From contig OX337230.1 of NCBI GenBank assembly GCA_946965045.2, forward strand, positions 186,001 to 250,000: a stretch of 64,000 nucleotides of DNA. Reading direction: 5' to 3'. The notes beneath the pieces are model-generated. The model saw only the letters and a list, made by a program, of their open reading frames with translations. It did not search any database and was not told where the DNA came from. The stretch is from Epithemia pelagica. Taxonomy: Eukaryota > Protista > Bacillariophyta. Position numbers and translations under genes: made by a program. How positions within the stretch are numbered: position 1 is the stretch's first letter; each line of letters begins with the position of its first letter. Shown here in pieces: positions 10,013 to 21,618 of this stretch.

Positions 10013-10128
10013 TGAAATGATTTGGATCTCATCCGTTGACTCCATCGAAGAGAAATCTTGTTGCTGTCCTCATAAAATCAAACAGCTAAAGAAAACGAAC
10101 TCACCGTACTCAAGTAACAACAAAAACC

Positions 10129-10470
10129 ATGTCCCCATCGACGAAAAATACTTCAGGATCTTCCACCACAAGTGCTCCCAGCTCCCAGCAAACCCACGAT
10201 GAGCAAAAGCCTATTGACAACCGAACTTGGCCGCAAAAGAGTACCATCGATGGAGCTGGGCATGTTGTCACAGACTCAGTGGACGCCATGAGTAACGGAT
10301 TTATTCGTGCATTCAAGGGCAAGGAAGCGGCCAAGGCAGACCGAGAACGAACCCAGGCACTCAAACAGGGACGCAAGGAATGGCAAGCACAACAACCCAG
10401 ATTCAAGGGATCGGTAGCAAAGCACATTGCCGCCAAGAAAGAAAAAGAAGTGGCTGCAGGAGCAGCTTAA
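10129..10470 (+). CDS. Small basic hypothetical protein, tandem copy B (113 aa)
   Basis: Paralog of 2083..2412; its ATG lies about 125 bp downstream of the hAT right end. Confidence 0.6.
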   Translation: MSPSTKNTSGSSTTSAPSSQQTHDEQKPIDNRTWPQKSTIDGAGHVVTDSVDAMSNGFIRAFKGKEAAKADRERTQALKQGRKEWQAQQPRFKGSVAKHIAAKKEKEVAAGAA

Positions 10471-10567
10471 CAAATTGCAAATAATAACTGAATTAACCAA
10501 ACAATACATTTAGATAGACATTGACCAATACGTGTATAGCTTACTATCACAGGCGTGGACCATACGT

Positions 10568-12808
10568 TCAATGCCGTGGAAGCACATTCTGCAATTCGTG
10601 AAGCACTTCGCTGACTTCATGACGGACCATGGAAAGGATCGTGTCAGTCAACGTCTCCCCTGTGTATTCTTGGTTGGATTCGTTCTGTGTGCTTGCCGTT
10701 GTGAGATTGGAACAATACGAGTTCAAAAGCAGTGGATTATAGTCCGCGACAAAGTTGATAAAATCACGAGAGGCGGATGGTTGTCGTGAGAGCATGGCTT
10801 GTTTTTGCGATTCCAAATAGGGGTCGAACAGAGGCATTGCCGAGTGCTGCTGCTGATGGACCGCAGCCGTATGAGCAATCGTCCCAACCAAGGCGTCAAA
10901 GTTGACCACTTTTCGTCCCATGCGACGCACAGCCTTGGCCACGCGACGGCTGGAATAAAACATTTGATCTGTCAAATTGGTGATGGGAGGATTGGTTGTG
11001 GATCCCAAACCAAGCTGCATCAATCCCTGATTAATCCGGTCCTGCAAGACATGGGTGGTTCGAGGAGAAGGTGGCTCTTCTGGTGGATTCTTTTCTTGTT
11101 CTGGCGGAGGAGGGTCTGGTGTCAAGATTGCGGCATTATCATTGGCAGGAGGAGGTGATGGCGTTGGTGGGGCCTTGTTATCGCTGTCTTTTTTCTCCTC
11201 CTCCTCCTTCTCTTGGACATGCACTGCAGGCGGTAGATCCAGTGCAATATCCGCCAGTACCCGAAAGGCTGAATAAGATGTGGCGCCCGCAAACGGAGCG
11301 ACTTGAAAAAAGTCAAAGGTTTCCATATCGGCCACCATTTCAATGGCATGCTCTGCTTGTTCCAGACCCTCCGCAGCGTTGGCATGCTGTGCTTGTTGAT
11401 GTTTCAAGTATCGGCCCAGGTCTCGGAGTTCCGTCGTCATGTTCAACAAATGATGAGGATCGTCGTCGCCGAGTTTGGTATCCACCGCCTCATCCAATCC
11501 CACATGTCGGCAAAAGTCCATGCCATTGCATTGCAACAACACGTTACTGCAAACTGCCACGGCTGGAACACACGCATAGTAGTCCCGAGACAGTAATGCA
11601 AGATCGTTGTAGGGTCCCAAGGGGGATCGCGGCTTGGCCAGGGCCATGGGGACGGTATGAGGGTGATCGATGCGGAAATCAAACAGATACATGCCCGGTC
11701 CACCATTGGTTATCATTCCCCCCGTAACCTTTACCAGGGGACCACCACGATCATGATCTTCGTCTGGCTCATTGGGATGGTCATTTTGGTTCTCGGTATC
11801 ACCAGAATCCTCCGCATCCTCTTGCTGGCTGTCCGTGTTGTTGTTGTTGTTGTTCTTTGGGGAGTTGTTGGAGGAGGAAGAGTGGGGTTGAGTTCCAGTC
11901 CGTTGTTTCTTTTTGGCAGGAGACGTGCGGAGTGTACCAGTACCACCAGGGCTCCGTGTTCGTCGCGTCGGCTTGTCGTCGTCACCGTCGTCTCGAGACT
12001 CGACACCGGGATACGACGAGGATGGAGGTGGTAATTGCGCCACGGACGACGGCGATGAGGGCGACGGCGATCGAGATGAAGAGGATGACGAGGATGATGA
12101 GGATGAACCAGCCGTGGGCCACCACATGACGCTCGCATGTCGGTCGTAGGCCACGGCGGCTGGAATGGACCGTACTTGCCCCATGGGTCCCAAGAACGAA
12201 GAACCATCATGATACTGTGTTGCTGCGGTTGCACCGCCACCACAGGTGCCCACCAAGACAAAGTGAAACTTGTCAAAGGTTTTGCTTCCATAGCGCTCCT
12301 TGACTTGCTGAAAAAATTGGACGAGAAGGAGATTGTACGCCAAACCAGTATGAATTTGGCTTCGTTCCACGGACGTGACCATCATGTAATAGACACGTGA
12401 AAATGGCGAAGAGGAGGATTCCAAACGGTCATTCCTGGTATTTCCACCCGTGTCGTTGTCGCCTACAGTACCCTCCTCCGTCGTTGGATCCTCTTTCTCG
12501 CCATCCTCCACGGCTGCTTCCTCCTTCTCTTCTTCTTCCGTTTCTTCTTGTTGTTCTCCCAGATGCATCTCTCGAAGGAGTTGTTCACATTGGTTCGGGT
12601 GACTGTGGGACGTGATTTGTTCCTGTTGCAAACCAACCATCCATGTGTCGGCCAGTTGCGAGACGGGAGCCAAATGGGAGATGCGACACCGTTCCCAGGC
12701 AACAATTCTGCGAGTACCATCCGTTCGTGGCTTCCAGTCTGGTTGTGTTGCTGCGGCCACGAGAAACTGATTGCATTCCAATCGTTTCGGAAACACCAAA
12801 AACAACAT
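10568..12808 (-). CDS. Nucleoside phosphorylase (PNP/UDP/MTAN)-fold protein with low-complexity insertions (746 aa)
   Basis: Ordered motifs MMVTSVER (~12365-12385), FVLVGTCGG (GTCGG 12236-12250), VADMETFDFFQVA (ME 11321-11326) and FRVLAD (11249-11266) resemble the PNP_UDP signatures A..E, GxxGG, MExxA and RxISD. Confidence 0.6.
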   Translation of the reverse strand: MLFLVFPKRLECNQFLVAAATQPDWKPRTDGTRRIVAWERCRISHLAPVSQLADTWMVGLQQEQITSHSHPNQCEQLLREMHLGEQQEETEEEEKEEAAVEDGEKEDPTTEEGTVGDNDTGGNTRNDRLESSSSPFSRVYYMMVTSVERSQIHTGLAYNLLLVQFFQQVKERYGSKTFDKFHFVLVGTCGGGATAATQYHDGSSFLGPMGQVRSIPAAVAYDRHASVMWWPTAGSSSSSSSSSSSRSPSPSSPSSVAQLPPPSSSYPGVESRDDGDDDKPTRRTRSPGGTGTLRTSPAKKKQRTGTQPHSSSSNNSPKNNNNNNTDSQQEDAEDSGDTENQNDHPNEPDEDHDRGGPLVKVTGGMITNGGPGMYLFDFRIDHPHTVPMALAKPRSPLGPYNDLALLSRDYYACVPAVAVCSNVLLQCNGMDFCRHVGLDEAVDTKLGDDDPHHLLNMTTELRDLGRYLKHQQAQHANAAEGLEQAEHAIEMVADMETFDFFQVAPFAGATSYSAFRVLADIALDLPPAVHVQEKEEEEKKDSDNKAPPTPSPPPANDNAAILTPDPPPPEQEKNPPEEPPSPRTTHVLQDRINQGLMQLGLGSTTNPPITNLTDQMFYSSRRVAKAVRRMGRKVVNFDALVGTIAHTAAVHQQQHSAMPLFDPYLESQKQAMLSRQPSASRDFINFVADYNPLLLNSYCSNLTTASTQNESNQEYTGETLTDTILSMVRHEVSEVLHELQNVLPRH

Positions 12809-13082
12809 GCTCTTGTTTGGTTTCTGCTTTTTCTGTTAGGTTTCCTGTTGGAAAGGGAGAGATTTCCGACCAGAAATGGTTATGGGTGGAAGGACTGCTG
12901 CTTTAATGTGCCTTGTCGTTGCTGCTGCTGCTCGTGTTGGTGATCAATGCATCAATAGAACGCCAATCGCGGTGCGACTGGCACGTCTCTGTTGTTCCTT
13001 CTTCTTCCTGTGGGGAAGAGAGGGACAGAGAGCTCTGCTGTCAGACAACACAAGAGAAATGGTTTTCAGGGTGGGGAATGGC

Positions 13083-13083
<1 letters not shown>

Positions 13084-13125
<42 letters not shown>
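13084..13125. repeat. (GCT)14 microsatellite
   Basis: Perfect trinucleotide run, intergenic. Confidence 0.95.
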
Positions 13126-13126
<1 letters not shown>

Positions 13127-14068
13127 GTATGGTCGTTGCCTTTCTTGGTCGATTTTTGTGTTATCCATGCATCAATAGAACCAGACATGCCTCTGTCACT
13201 CCATTCGCGAAGGCGACTGGTCGTACACTTGCGGGAGGTTGCCACCAGTTGCCATCTCAGACCTCTCGTCTGGTTGTCTGTCCCACAAACGCGACCATTC
13301 AGATCCATCCATCGCTTCAGGGTCGCTGAAAACAACTGGGCGAGACCGAGACATGTGTGCGCTTGTTGTGTTGCCCTCTGGTCTCTCTCGCCTCCTCCAT
13401 TCGCATGAAAGCATTCCACAATACCAATTCGTTTGTTGTGTCCGGGGGATGGGTCAAAGTATAGAGTTGGTCAAGTTTGTGGTGTCTGTTGGATCCTGTC
13501 TCCTGTTTTCTGTGAGGATGTACATGTATATGGACTGCCATCCGTTGTGTGGTTCAATGTCTCATGATTGTATGGACCACAAAGGATTCGTCCGGACGCT
13601 ATTCTTGGGCATCTATGTGAGGTTCGTGTGGTTCCCATCTTTGTTTCTCATAATCATGGTGTCTGTTCTCTACGTTTGGGTGAGAAGATGATCGCTTCCC
13701 CCCTAGCGAGCGAGTGATTTGCGGAATCCCGCCTGAGTCGGAAAAAGCGGCATTCCTATTCTCATTGCGCATCGCGCATACAATACGACTCATATACGAC
13801 TCACTTCTGCTCGGGGATAGAGATCTTTCATGTTCGCCGGTCGACGGACGGACAGTATCGAATCTTTTGGGTCGCGTTTGTGGATGTCATCGATGATCGA
13901 TGCAATACATGTCATCTCTTTGTTGATGAGCTCGTCTCGTCGTTCGGTCCAACGGGTCTTTGCGGTTCTGTGTTGCAACCAAGGCACACTCTATCGTAAT
14001 AGAAAGAAAGTTGAGCGCGTTGCGGAATTGCCAAGTGTCCGTTCTGGTATCACAACCACACTCACAAA

Positions 14069-15450
14069 ATGACAACGGAATTTCCGCCGTGGGTCCATGC
14101 CCTCGGTGGATCCTTGGGCAGTGCCATTGCCTTGTGTCTCTTGTATCCGCTCGAACGAGGTATGTCGTATGTCTACGAAATGCTGTTGTGTGTGCAATCG
14201 GTTGGGAGGATGGTAGTGTGTATGGGTAGTTTCTCACTGTGTTTTTTTGGGTTGGTAACACAGCACGGATTGAATTGCAAGCCTCCATGGCGGCACAAGC
14301 CCCACCCAAACACAACAACCACAACAACGAGGTCGGCGACGACGACGTTGAGGAGGAATCGTTGAATCCCAGCAGCACCGCAAGGACACAGGCTCCTTCT
14401 TCTTCTGTTTTGTTGTCCTCCTCCGCTTCTCCTCCTCCTGCTGCCACCATGAGCATGAGTCAATGCTTGTATCAATTGTGGGTGCGAGGTGAATTGTATC
14501 GAGGCGTTCATTCCATTGTCTTGACCTTGGCCACGTCCAATTTCATCTTTTTTTGGGTCCAAAGTGCCTTGCGACAATGGGGTCTGGGCTCCTGGATCCT
14601 GCATCTCGTAGTCTCATCTGTTCCACCAAGACGACACTCACAACAACCTCGAACCAACAACAACAACAAACTTAATCATTCCCAATTCAATGCCTTGGTG
14701 GCATCCATTGTGGCGGGCATTCTCAATGTGCTGCTGACCAATCCCTTGTGGGTGGCCAATTTGAAACTCGTGGCGGGGCATCCGTCGTCGTCGTCGTCGT
14801 CGTCGTCGTCTGACCACAACCAGAATACATTGCCCGGCCAATTGTGGTTCATGATTCAGACCCGGCCCTGGTACGACTTGTGGAAGGGCACCGGGTCGTC
14901 CTTGTGGCTCGTGTCCAATCCCGTCTTGCAATGGATTTGCTACGAACGCTTGCGCACGTGGTGGTTGTCCTCCCCCCAAAAGTCGTCGTCCTCGAATACC
15001 TTGTCGCCCACAACGGCCTTTTGGATGGGGGCCCTGTCCAAAGCCATTGCCACGCTCGTAACCTATCCCTTGCAAGTATCGCAGGCTGTCTTGCGATTGC
15101 AACAAGAACAAGAACCAGAACCCACCAATGACGACGACACGAGAACGAGTACCAGTAGTACTGCTCCCACAACTACAATACGATACAAGGACACGGTGGA
15201 TTGTTTGTGGCACTTGTATCAGCGTCATGGTGTACAGGCGGGATGGTATCGAGGATTTCGGGCCAAATTGATTCAAACCGTCTTGACCGCGGCACTGACC
15301 TTTTTGACGTATGAACAAATTTTGTGGGCCATTCATCATCAAGCCCGAATCATGGCACTGTCCACAACAACAACAACAACAACAACAACAAGGCCTTGGA
15401 ATCCTACCACAACAAACACAAAGACGACAACGCAAAGGACTGCCGCATGA
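14069..15450 (+). CDS. SLC25A17: Mitochondrial-carrier-family (SLC25) protein, peroxisomal PMP34/SLC25A17-like (425 aa); exons 14069-14159 and 14264-15450
   Basis: A GTATGT..CAG intron restores the signature YPLERARIELQ. Further motifs TNPLWVANLKL, YPLQVSQAVLR and YRGFRAKLIQTVLTAALTFLTYEQI are typical of PMP34. Confidence 0.85.
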
Positions 15451-15978
15451 AAGTATGCGGGGCATTCGTAACCAGCCGCCATGCCACCAAACTCCTTATA
15501 TTACCACACGGCTGTTGTGAATGACACGACGAACCTAGGTAGTATACTCAATGACGAACGAAACCAAACCAACAACGTCCGCCCATGGACAAACAAAACA
15601 CCAGTTCTCCACTGTCGGGAGTCGACTCGACACGAACACAATCTCACCTTTTTGACGTATGAACAAATTTTGGGGGCCATTCATCAAGCCCGAGTAATGG
15701 TACTGTCCACAACAACCAGGCCTTGGAATCTTACCACAACAACAAACCAAATGACAAAGCAAAGGACTGCCTCATGACATGATGCGGGGGCTGACCAACC
15801 AGCAATGCCACCGAACTCCCTTGTATATAGTCGAATGGGTGGACACTCGGCTCTGAATGACACGGCGAACCTAGTACACTCAATGACGAACAACACCAAA
15901 CCAAAAACCGACAAATGAATTTGGAATATCAAAATACAACACTTTTTCACTGTCGGGAGTCGACTCGAGACAAACAAT
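15298..15978 (+). repeat. Tandem duplication (~348-bp period) of the carrier gene 3' end and 3' UTR
   Basis: Copy 1 is 15298-~15642 and copy 2 is 15646-~15978. Both start ACCTTTTTGACGTATGAACAAATTTTG and end CACTGTCGGGAGTCGACTCGA. Confidence 0.9.
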
Positions 15979-17259
15979 GGATGGATTGGACACAGAGGGT
16001 GGTGGTGGACTCACCATGATTCGACAACCTAGTAAGGTACCCCGCAAAGAATCGCAATTCACAGAAAACACACAGAGTCATGCCGCTCGAACTGACCAAA
16101 CCCAAAAAAGAACAGGACCCACCACGGCTGTATCCCCAACATGCACCGAATGATGCAACGAATGAGGCCGATCTCTCTCTCTCTCTCTCTCCCTCTCTCT
16201 GTGTCATGCAGATTCGAGATGAGTTGGAACACACCGACAAGACGAATGAGTGGCAGCCCATGTCCATTCCTTGTTTGTGTCGTTGTTGGTTGTTGGGGAC
16301 CGCGTCATGGTCGTTCCATCTGTATGGATCATACGAGTATATCTCCCTTCCCAAGAAGTGATTTGGGATTTGGAAATTGTGAATTGTGAAGGCGAGCCGA
16401 AAGCGCAAATCACCTTCTTGCTCCGTCCGGGCGCGAACGCAAGACTCGTTGTGTGTGCCGTGACTCCATTGTCTGGCCGGCGACGGTTCTCGTGGGAATG
16501 GTAGTTGTAGCACGCGGGCACATCTCCATCCGTGTTTGTCACTCAGACTGAGTGTACCATCTCCAAATTTCCAAGCGAGCTTGCGGGCGTTTGAGGAGTA
16601 TTGCCCTATGGGTACTAGTGTAGAGAGTATAACTGCCGTATAATTCATTCAATTGGACGGCTGATCGCACGCCGAGCTTCTAAAATCGCAAAATGTGAAA
16701 ATCGACTTCGTTGAGGCTGCAACAACGTCGATTTGGGGTGGGTGAAATTTCTCTCCCTCCCTATTGCGCAACAGGAACAACATCTATTCGATCCTCGGGA
16801 AATAATACTCCATCTCTTTTTGTGTATCACGCTTGTTTCGTGCTTGTCCCTCCCCCAAATGAAGACGTTCGGACCAGCATCTTGTTTGGATTACTACTAG
16901 CAATCGATTGCCAATTGTGGAGAGAAGAGAGCCTTCCAACTCGTCCATCGAGAGAGAGACTCTCTCTCGCTCTCTCTCTCTTCTTCGATCCGGTCGCCTT
17001 CCAAACCAGAGGTGCTCTCCCTAGAGGTGCTCCTGGATCTCGTCTATCCAAACACATTCGTGTGGAGTGTGCTGGACGCGGGAGGTGCTCTTGTGGTTCG
17101 ATTGGTCGAGATCCATCTTCTTCCTCGATTGAGTGTGTCTGGAAACACACATTCGAGCACCGGCCGTCGATTACTTGAGAGAGAGACGGCGTGGCCCTCC
17201 TCAAGTAACACTCAACCGTTCCAAAGAAACCCCTTCTCCATCGCAACAATAGTACTACG

Positions 17260-20200
17260 ATGCCACCTGTCAGCAAACCCACCTTGTCGACGGTGCTAAT
17301 GGGTGAAGAGCCTCGCGAAGGTCCCCCGAAACCCACCATTCCAACTACAAGCGTGACGGCGGCTTCTCTGCAGCAAATGGCCAACCACAATCGGGCATCT
17401 TCGGCCTCGCGACCACGATTGGGTTCGTGGAATGCTCCTCCGGATCACCGTGCCGCCGAGTTTCCATCTTCCTCCACCTTTTGGTCCTCCTCGTCCAGGA
17501 ACCACAACAACCACAACAATCCTCGTTCGTCGTCCACGTCGCGGTCTCAGTCTCATCGACGGAGTCACAGTTGGACGAGTCCCCGGTCTCCCAGCGAAAC
17601 AAGTACACCGACGTCGGCGGTCAGTAGCAGTGCCAATGCCAGTCCAACCCGTCGCGTCAAGGGCTTGTTTTCCGAACGCTTGTTGGGGGCTCGCATGGGC
17701 GGTCCTCAAGAATCGGCGCCGGTGGCTGCCATGGAACCAAAGGACACTACCAACAATCCCAACAACAACAATCTCCTGCCAGACAACAATGACACTAATA
17801 GTACCACCACCAACAATGTCTTGTTTCAAGAAATTGCCCTCCTCAAGGAACGCTTGCAAGAATTGGACGATGCCCGCAGTACCATTGGGGGTGGTGGCAT
17901 GGGGGACACAATCATGAGTGGCGGCATGGCCAGTCCCTTGTCCACCTCGTGGCATCCGACGGATCCTCCCATCAATACCAACAACAACAATAACAACAAC
18001 AATACCAATAACAATGCGACCATTCTCTTGTTGCGCAAGGAATTGGCCAAGGTGGAAGATGACAAGGCCCGCTTGCAATTGGAACTCATGAATTCCATTG
18101 CCAATTTGCAATTGGAAAAACAAGCGGCCGTGACCGATTTGCAAACGCAATTGCAACAAGCCGTGTCACAAACCCAAGATTTGCAACGCCAGTTGCAACA
18201 ACAACACGCCCAACAAGAAGAACGTCGCCACGACGAAACCGATCAACAAGAGCAACAACAAGAACGGTTGCGTCAAGAATTGCAAGATGACTATCAACAT
18301 GAATTGCGCGAGTTGCAAGAAGTGCATGGTCGCGAATTGCGTCGTGTCACGGAACAATGGCACAAGGCCGAATCGGAATTGGCTCATCAAACCCGGGACA
18401 TGACGCAATTGCTCACGACTGTGGGCAATTTGCAACAAGCCCAACAAACCTGGCAAACGGAACGACACGAATTGCAAACGCAGCACGAACAAGCCTTACA
18501 GCAGCAACAAGAGGATCATGCGCAAGCCATGGAACACGTCGATCAACTCTTGCACGAACGACAACTGGAATTGGAAGAGTGTCGCGATGATTTGGTCCGC
18601 ATGTCGGAAGCCTTGGAAAAGACGGAACACGAACGCGATCAAGCCTTGGAACATGCCGGCGATTGGAATGATTCTCTCTTGGATATGGAAGGCCAATGTG
18701 TCACCCTCACCAATGCCTTGCAAGATACCCGACAACAATTGCAAACCACGCAACACGACCTGGAACAAGTCACGGAACACAATCGAGCCTTGGTCCAGGA
18801 AAATCAAGCTCTGCAACAGCAGCAGCAAGTTCAATCCCTCCAACCACCATCGGGCGCCGACCAATCCACAACGACGACAACCACAATGACCCAACGAAGA
18901 TCCCCCTTGACCATTCATGTGGAGGATCCACCGACCTTGGCGGTGGTATCGAATGGAACGGATACCACGACGGATGCGACAGGAACAGACCATCCCACTA
19001 ATACGACTACGACTGATTTGTCGGTGCCGCACTCGTGTTGTATCGCACACGCGGCGGACCAAAGTCGGGAGATTGGACAAGCGGTGGAATTGTTGGAAGA
19101 ACGTTTGCAAAGTTTTCAAACGCGATTGCGCGAAAAAGATGATTCCTTGCAAACCATGGCGTTGCAATTGCAAGACGAACAACGGACCAATCATGCCTTG
19201 CGCAAGGAAATCAAGTATGCCAAACAAAAGGCGGCCAAATACAAGTATGCGGCCAAGCAACAATCGCAACATCCACCCGATGCGCCCACCACGACCGACC
19301 CGGAGGACGACCACGATCCGACCGCGACGGGACTCAATATTGTCGAATTGAAACGCAAAAATCAAGCCATGGCCGATGAAATTCCCGCCTTAAGACAAGT
19401 CGAACAGCAATTCTTTCAACACAATGATGATGATGATCATGACGACGACGACGACGACGACGAGGTGGATGAAGATACTCGTTACAAACCAGATCGAAGA
19501 CCGGATCGACCCTACAATGAAGCATCGCTCCGCCGTCGACGAAGACGAAGTCGTCGGTCACATAGTACACCGCCGACACCCTTGCCACCCTTGGATACGA
19601 CCGCTGCCAACACCATTCAACATGATCCGTCGGCGGAACATGTCACGGAGTTGAATTCCTCCACCCGGTCCCGATTGCAACATGCCTGGCCTCCACCCGC
19701 TCACAACAATCCCACACCTCGTACTCGACGACGCATGTCCTTTCCCGAACAAGACATGTTGTCGTCACCCCGTACACCAGTCTCGGGTCTCGTGGCCTCG
19801 TTTGAACGACGGATTACCAAGGCCAAGGAAGACGAATCGTCCAGTTTGGTGGACTCGACGGTGGCCTCGACTGTGACTCATACCGATCACGCCGAAACCA
19901 CCCACGACGACGAAAGTCATTCCGCCTTGCATCGTCAAATTACCACGCTCCAACGCGAATTGGACAAGGAACGCGAGACCGTGGAACGCCTCGAACAACG
20001 CATTGAAAAATTGTCTCACTCGGAAACACGACAAGGTCGCGAAAACCAGTTTCAAGTCACGCGTCTCCAAAAGGAAATTGGAACCTTGCAGACAATGTTA
20101 CAAGACTCCACCAAGGAAATGGAACACTTGGAATCGCAACTGGAACGTGAGAAAAAGACAGTGGATGACTTGCGAAACGAAGTCTGGACTGCGACCCAGA

Positions 20201-21618
20201 AATTGCAAGGAGCATCTTCCATGGAACTCAAAATGGAAACGTATGATAAGGAAACGGATCGGTTGCAAAGTCAAATAGATACCTTGGAAGATACTCGCAA
20301 ATCATTGGTCCGAGAAACGGACGAGTTGCGTCGTCAATTGCGTGAGGAACGGGAACGCGTGACGCATTTGCGGCTCGACGTGGAGTCCCAAACCAGTCAA
20401 TTGGAAGACTTGGCGACCCTCAAGACCAAATTGCGCGACAAGGAAAAAGAAGTCGCTCGGTTGCGATTGGAAAGTGATTGTCACGATCAAAATTATCAAA
20501 CCGCCCAACAAATGGTGACGGATTTGCAAAAGAAATTGACAGCCTTGTCCTCTCTGGAAAAGGAAACGACTGTGCCACTCCAAACGGAATTGCACGAACG
20601 AGAACAAGAAATTGCTCGATTGAAAATGCAAGTGCAAACCAATCAAGAAATTGGCAAGGCATCGGATTTGCAAATTGAAAAGTTGCAGCACGAACTGACA
20701 CGGTTGCAAGACCGATCCCACACGGACGAGGCCCACGAACAAGAATTGGATGACCTTCGTCACGAAATTGTGGCGCTCAAGGATGAATTGAATGAAGCCA
20801 AGGTCCAATTGGATCAACGACGACAATCGTTTGACGACAACAACAATCAAAAGACGCGCAATCGATTCGTGTCGACCCGCGATCGTGGTAGCAACAAGAA
20901 ACGGACCTCCTCCGATGAGGACTATCATCGCATGAAGGATGAGTTGACCAAAACACAAGTGGCGCGTGGGGAGATTGAAATGAATTACATGCAACGCGTC
21001 AAGGAATTGGAACGCGAAATTGAAACGGTCGAAACCGAAGCCCGACAGCAATTGGAGGAGATGCAAACCTCCATGGACCAAATGAAGGCCAAACTGGAAC
21101 AACGACAAGCCGATGTGGAGCGGCTGGAACGAGAAAAGACACAACTTTGCACTAGCATGACAAGTGCCTCCATGTCACGGAGTGAGGACTTTGAAGAATT
21201 GCAATCGGAATTGATTGAACGAACGACGGCCAACAAATCGCAGGCCCGGGAAATTCAAGCCCTCAAACTCAAATTGGAGGAACACGAAAAGGTGAAGTAC
21301 GGGAAGGAACAACAGTTGGGCGCCAAGATTGCCGAATTGGAACAAGAAATGGCCTTGACGTCGCAGGGTGGTCGCCGCCATTTGGAGGATTTTGACAAGT
21401 TACAGTCGGAAAATCAACAAATGCGCGAAACGATTCGACAACTCAAGAGTGAACGACGGCATTTGCAAGAACGATTGGATTCCTTGTTGCAAGACAAGTC
21501 GAGTAGTAAAAGTACGCAAGTGTTGCGCGAACGCAATGCCTCGCTGCGACAAGAAGTGGAGCGACTCAACAAACGACTTCGCAAAATGGAAGAAAGTATC
21601 ACACGGTTTGCCATTTAG
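17260..21618 (+). CDS. Large coiled-coil protein (1452 aa), function unknown
   Basis: Long intronless ATG ORF with extensive E/Q/L/K heptad segments and disordered S/T/P linkers; no globular domain recognised. Confidence 0.85.
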   Translation: MPPVSKPTLSTVLMGEEPREGPPKPTIPTTSVTAASLQQMANHNRASSASRPRLGSWNAPPDHRAAEFPSSSTFWSSSSRNHNNHNNPRSSSTSRSQSHRRSHSWTSPRSPSETSTPTSAVSSSANASPTRRVKGLFSERLLGARMGGPQESAPVAAMEPKDTTNNPNNNNLLPDNNDTNSTTTNNVLFQEIALLKERLQELDDARSTIGGGGMGDTIMSGGMASPLSTSWHPTDPPINTNNNNNNNNTNNNATILLLRKELAKVEDDKARLQLELMNSIANLQLEKQAAVTDLQTQLQQAVSQTQDLQRQLQQQHAQQEERRHDETDQQEQQQERLRQELQDDYQHELRELQEVHGRELRRVTEQWHKAESELAHQTRDMTQLLTTVGNLQQAQQTWQTERHELQTQHEQALQQQQEDHAQAMEHVDQLLHERQLELEECRDDLVRMSEALEKTEHERDQALEHAGDWNDSLLDMEGQCVTLTNALQDTRQQLQTTQHDLEQVTEHNRALVQENQALQQQQQVQSLQPPSGADQSTTTTTTMTQRRSPLTIHVEDPPTLAVVSNGTDTTTDATGTDHPTNTTTTDLSVPHSCCIAHAADQSREIGQAVELLEERLQSFQTRLREKDDSLQTMALQLQDEQRTNHALRKEIKYAKQKAAKYKYAAKQQSQHPPDAPTTTDPEDDHDPTATGLNIVELKRKNQAMADEIPALRQVEQQFFQHNDDDDHDDDDDDDEVDEDTRYKPDRRPDRPYNEASLRRRRRRSRRSHSTPPTPLPPLDTTAANTIQHDPSAEHVTELNSSTRSRLQHAWPPPAHNNPTPRTRRRMSFPEQDMLSSPRTPVSGLVASFERRITKAKEDESSSLVDSTVASTVTHTDHAETTHDDESHSALHRQITTLQRELDKERETVERLEQRIEKLSHSETRQGRENQFQVTRLQKEIGTLQTMLQDSTKEMEHLESQLEREKKTVDDLRNEVWTATQKLQGASSMELKMETYDKETDRLQSQIDTLEDTRKSLVRETDELRRQLREERERVTHLRLDVESQTSQLEDLATLKTKLRDKEKEVARLRLESDCHDQNYQTAQQMVTDLQKKLTALSSLEKETTVPLQTELHEREQEIARLKMQVQTNQEIGKASDLQIEKLQHELTRLQDRSHTDEAHEQELDDLRHEIVALKDELNEAKVQLDQRRQSFDDNNNQKTRNRFVSTRDRGSNKKRTSSDEDYHRMKDELTKTQVARGEIEMNYMQRVKELEREIETVETEARQQLEEMQTSMDQMKAKLEQRQADVERLEREKTQLCTSMTSASMSRSEDFEELQSELIERTTANKSQAREIQALKLKLEEHEKVKYGKEQQLGAKIAELEQEMALTSQGGRRHLEDFDKLQSENQQMRETIRQLKSERRHLQERLDSLLQDKSSSKSTQVLRERNASLRQEVERLNKRLRKMEESITRFAI

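Noticed and set aside
12900-14000. Short overlapping ORFs around the (GCT)14 repeat and at 13599-13987
   Set aside because: Microsatellite-driven or under 70 aa, with no recognisable motif or consistent exon structure.
15947-16648. Minus-strand ORFs of 233 aa and 112 aa that might be a broken gene
   Set aside because: Runs through a (CT)n tract; no domain or convincing splice sites found.
17296-21614. Several long minus-strand ORFs inside the coiled-coil gene (similar cases overlap the GT, carrier, DUF2499 and cyclin genes)
   Set aside because: Antisense frames arising from biased codon use (CAA/GAA/TTG); hydrophobic low-information translations with no motifs.
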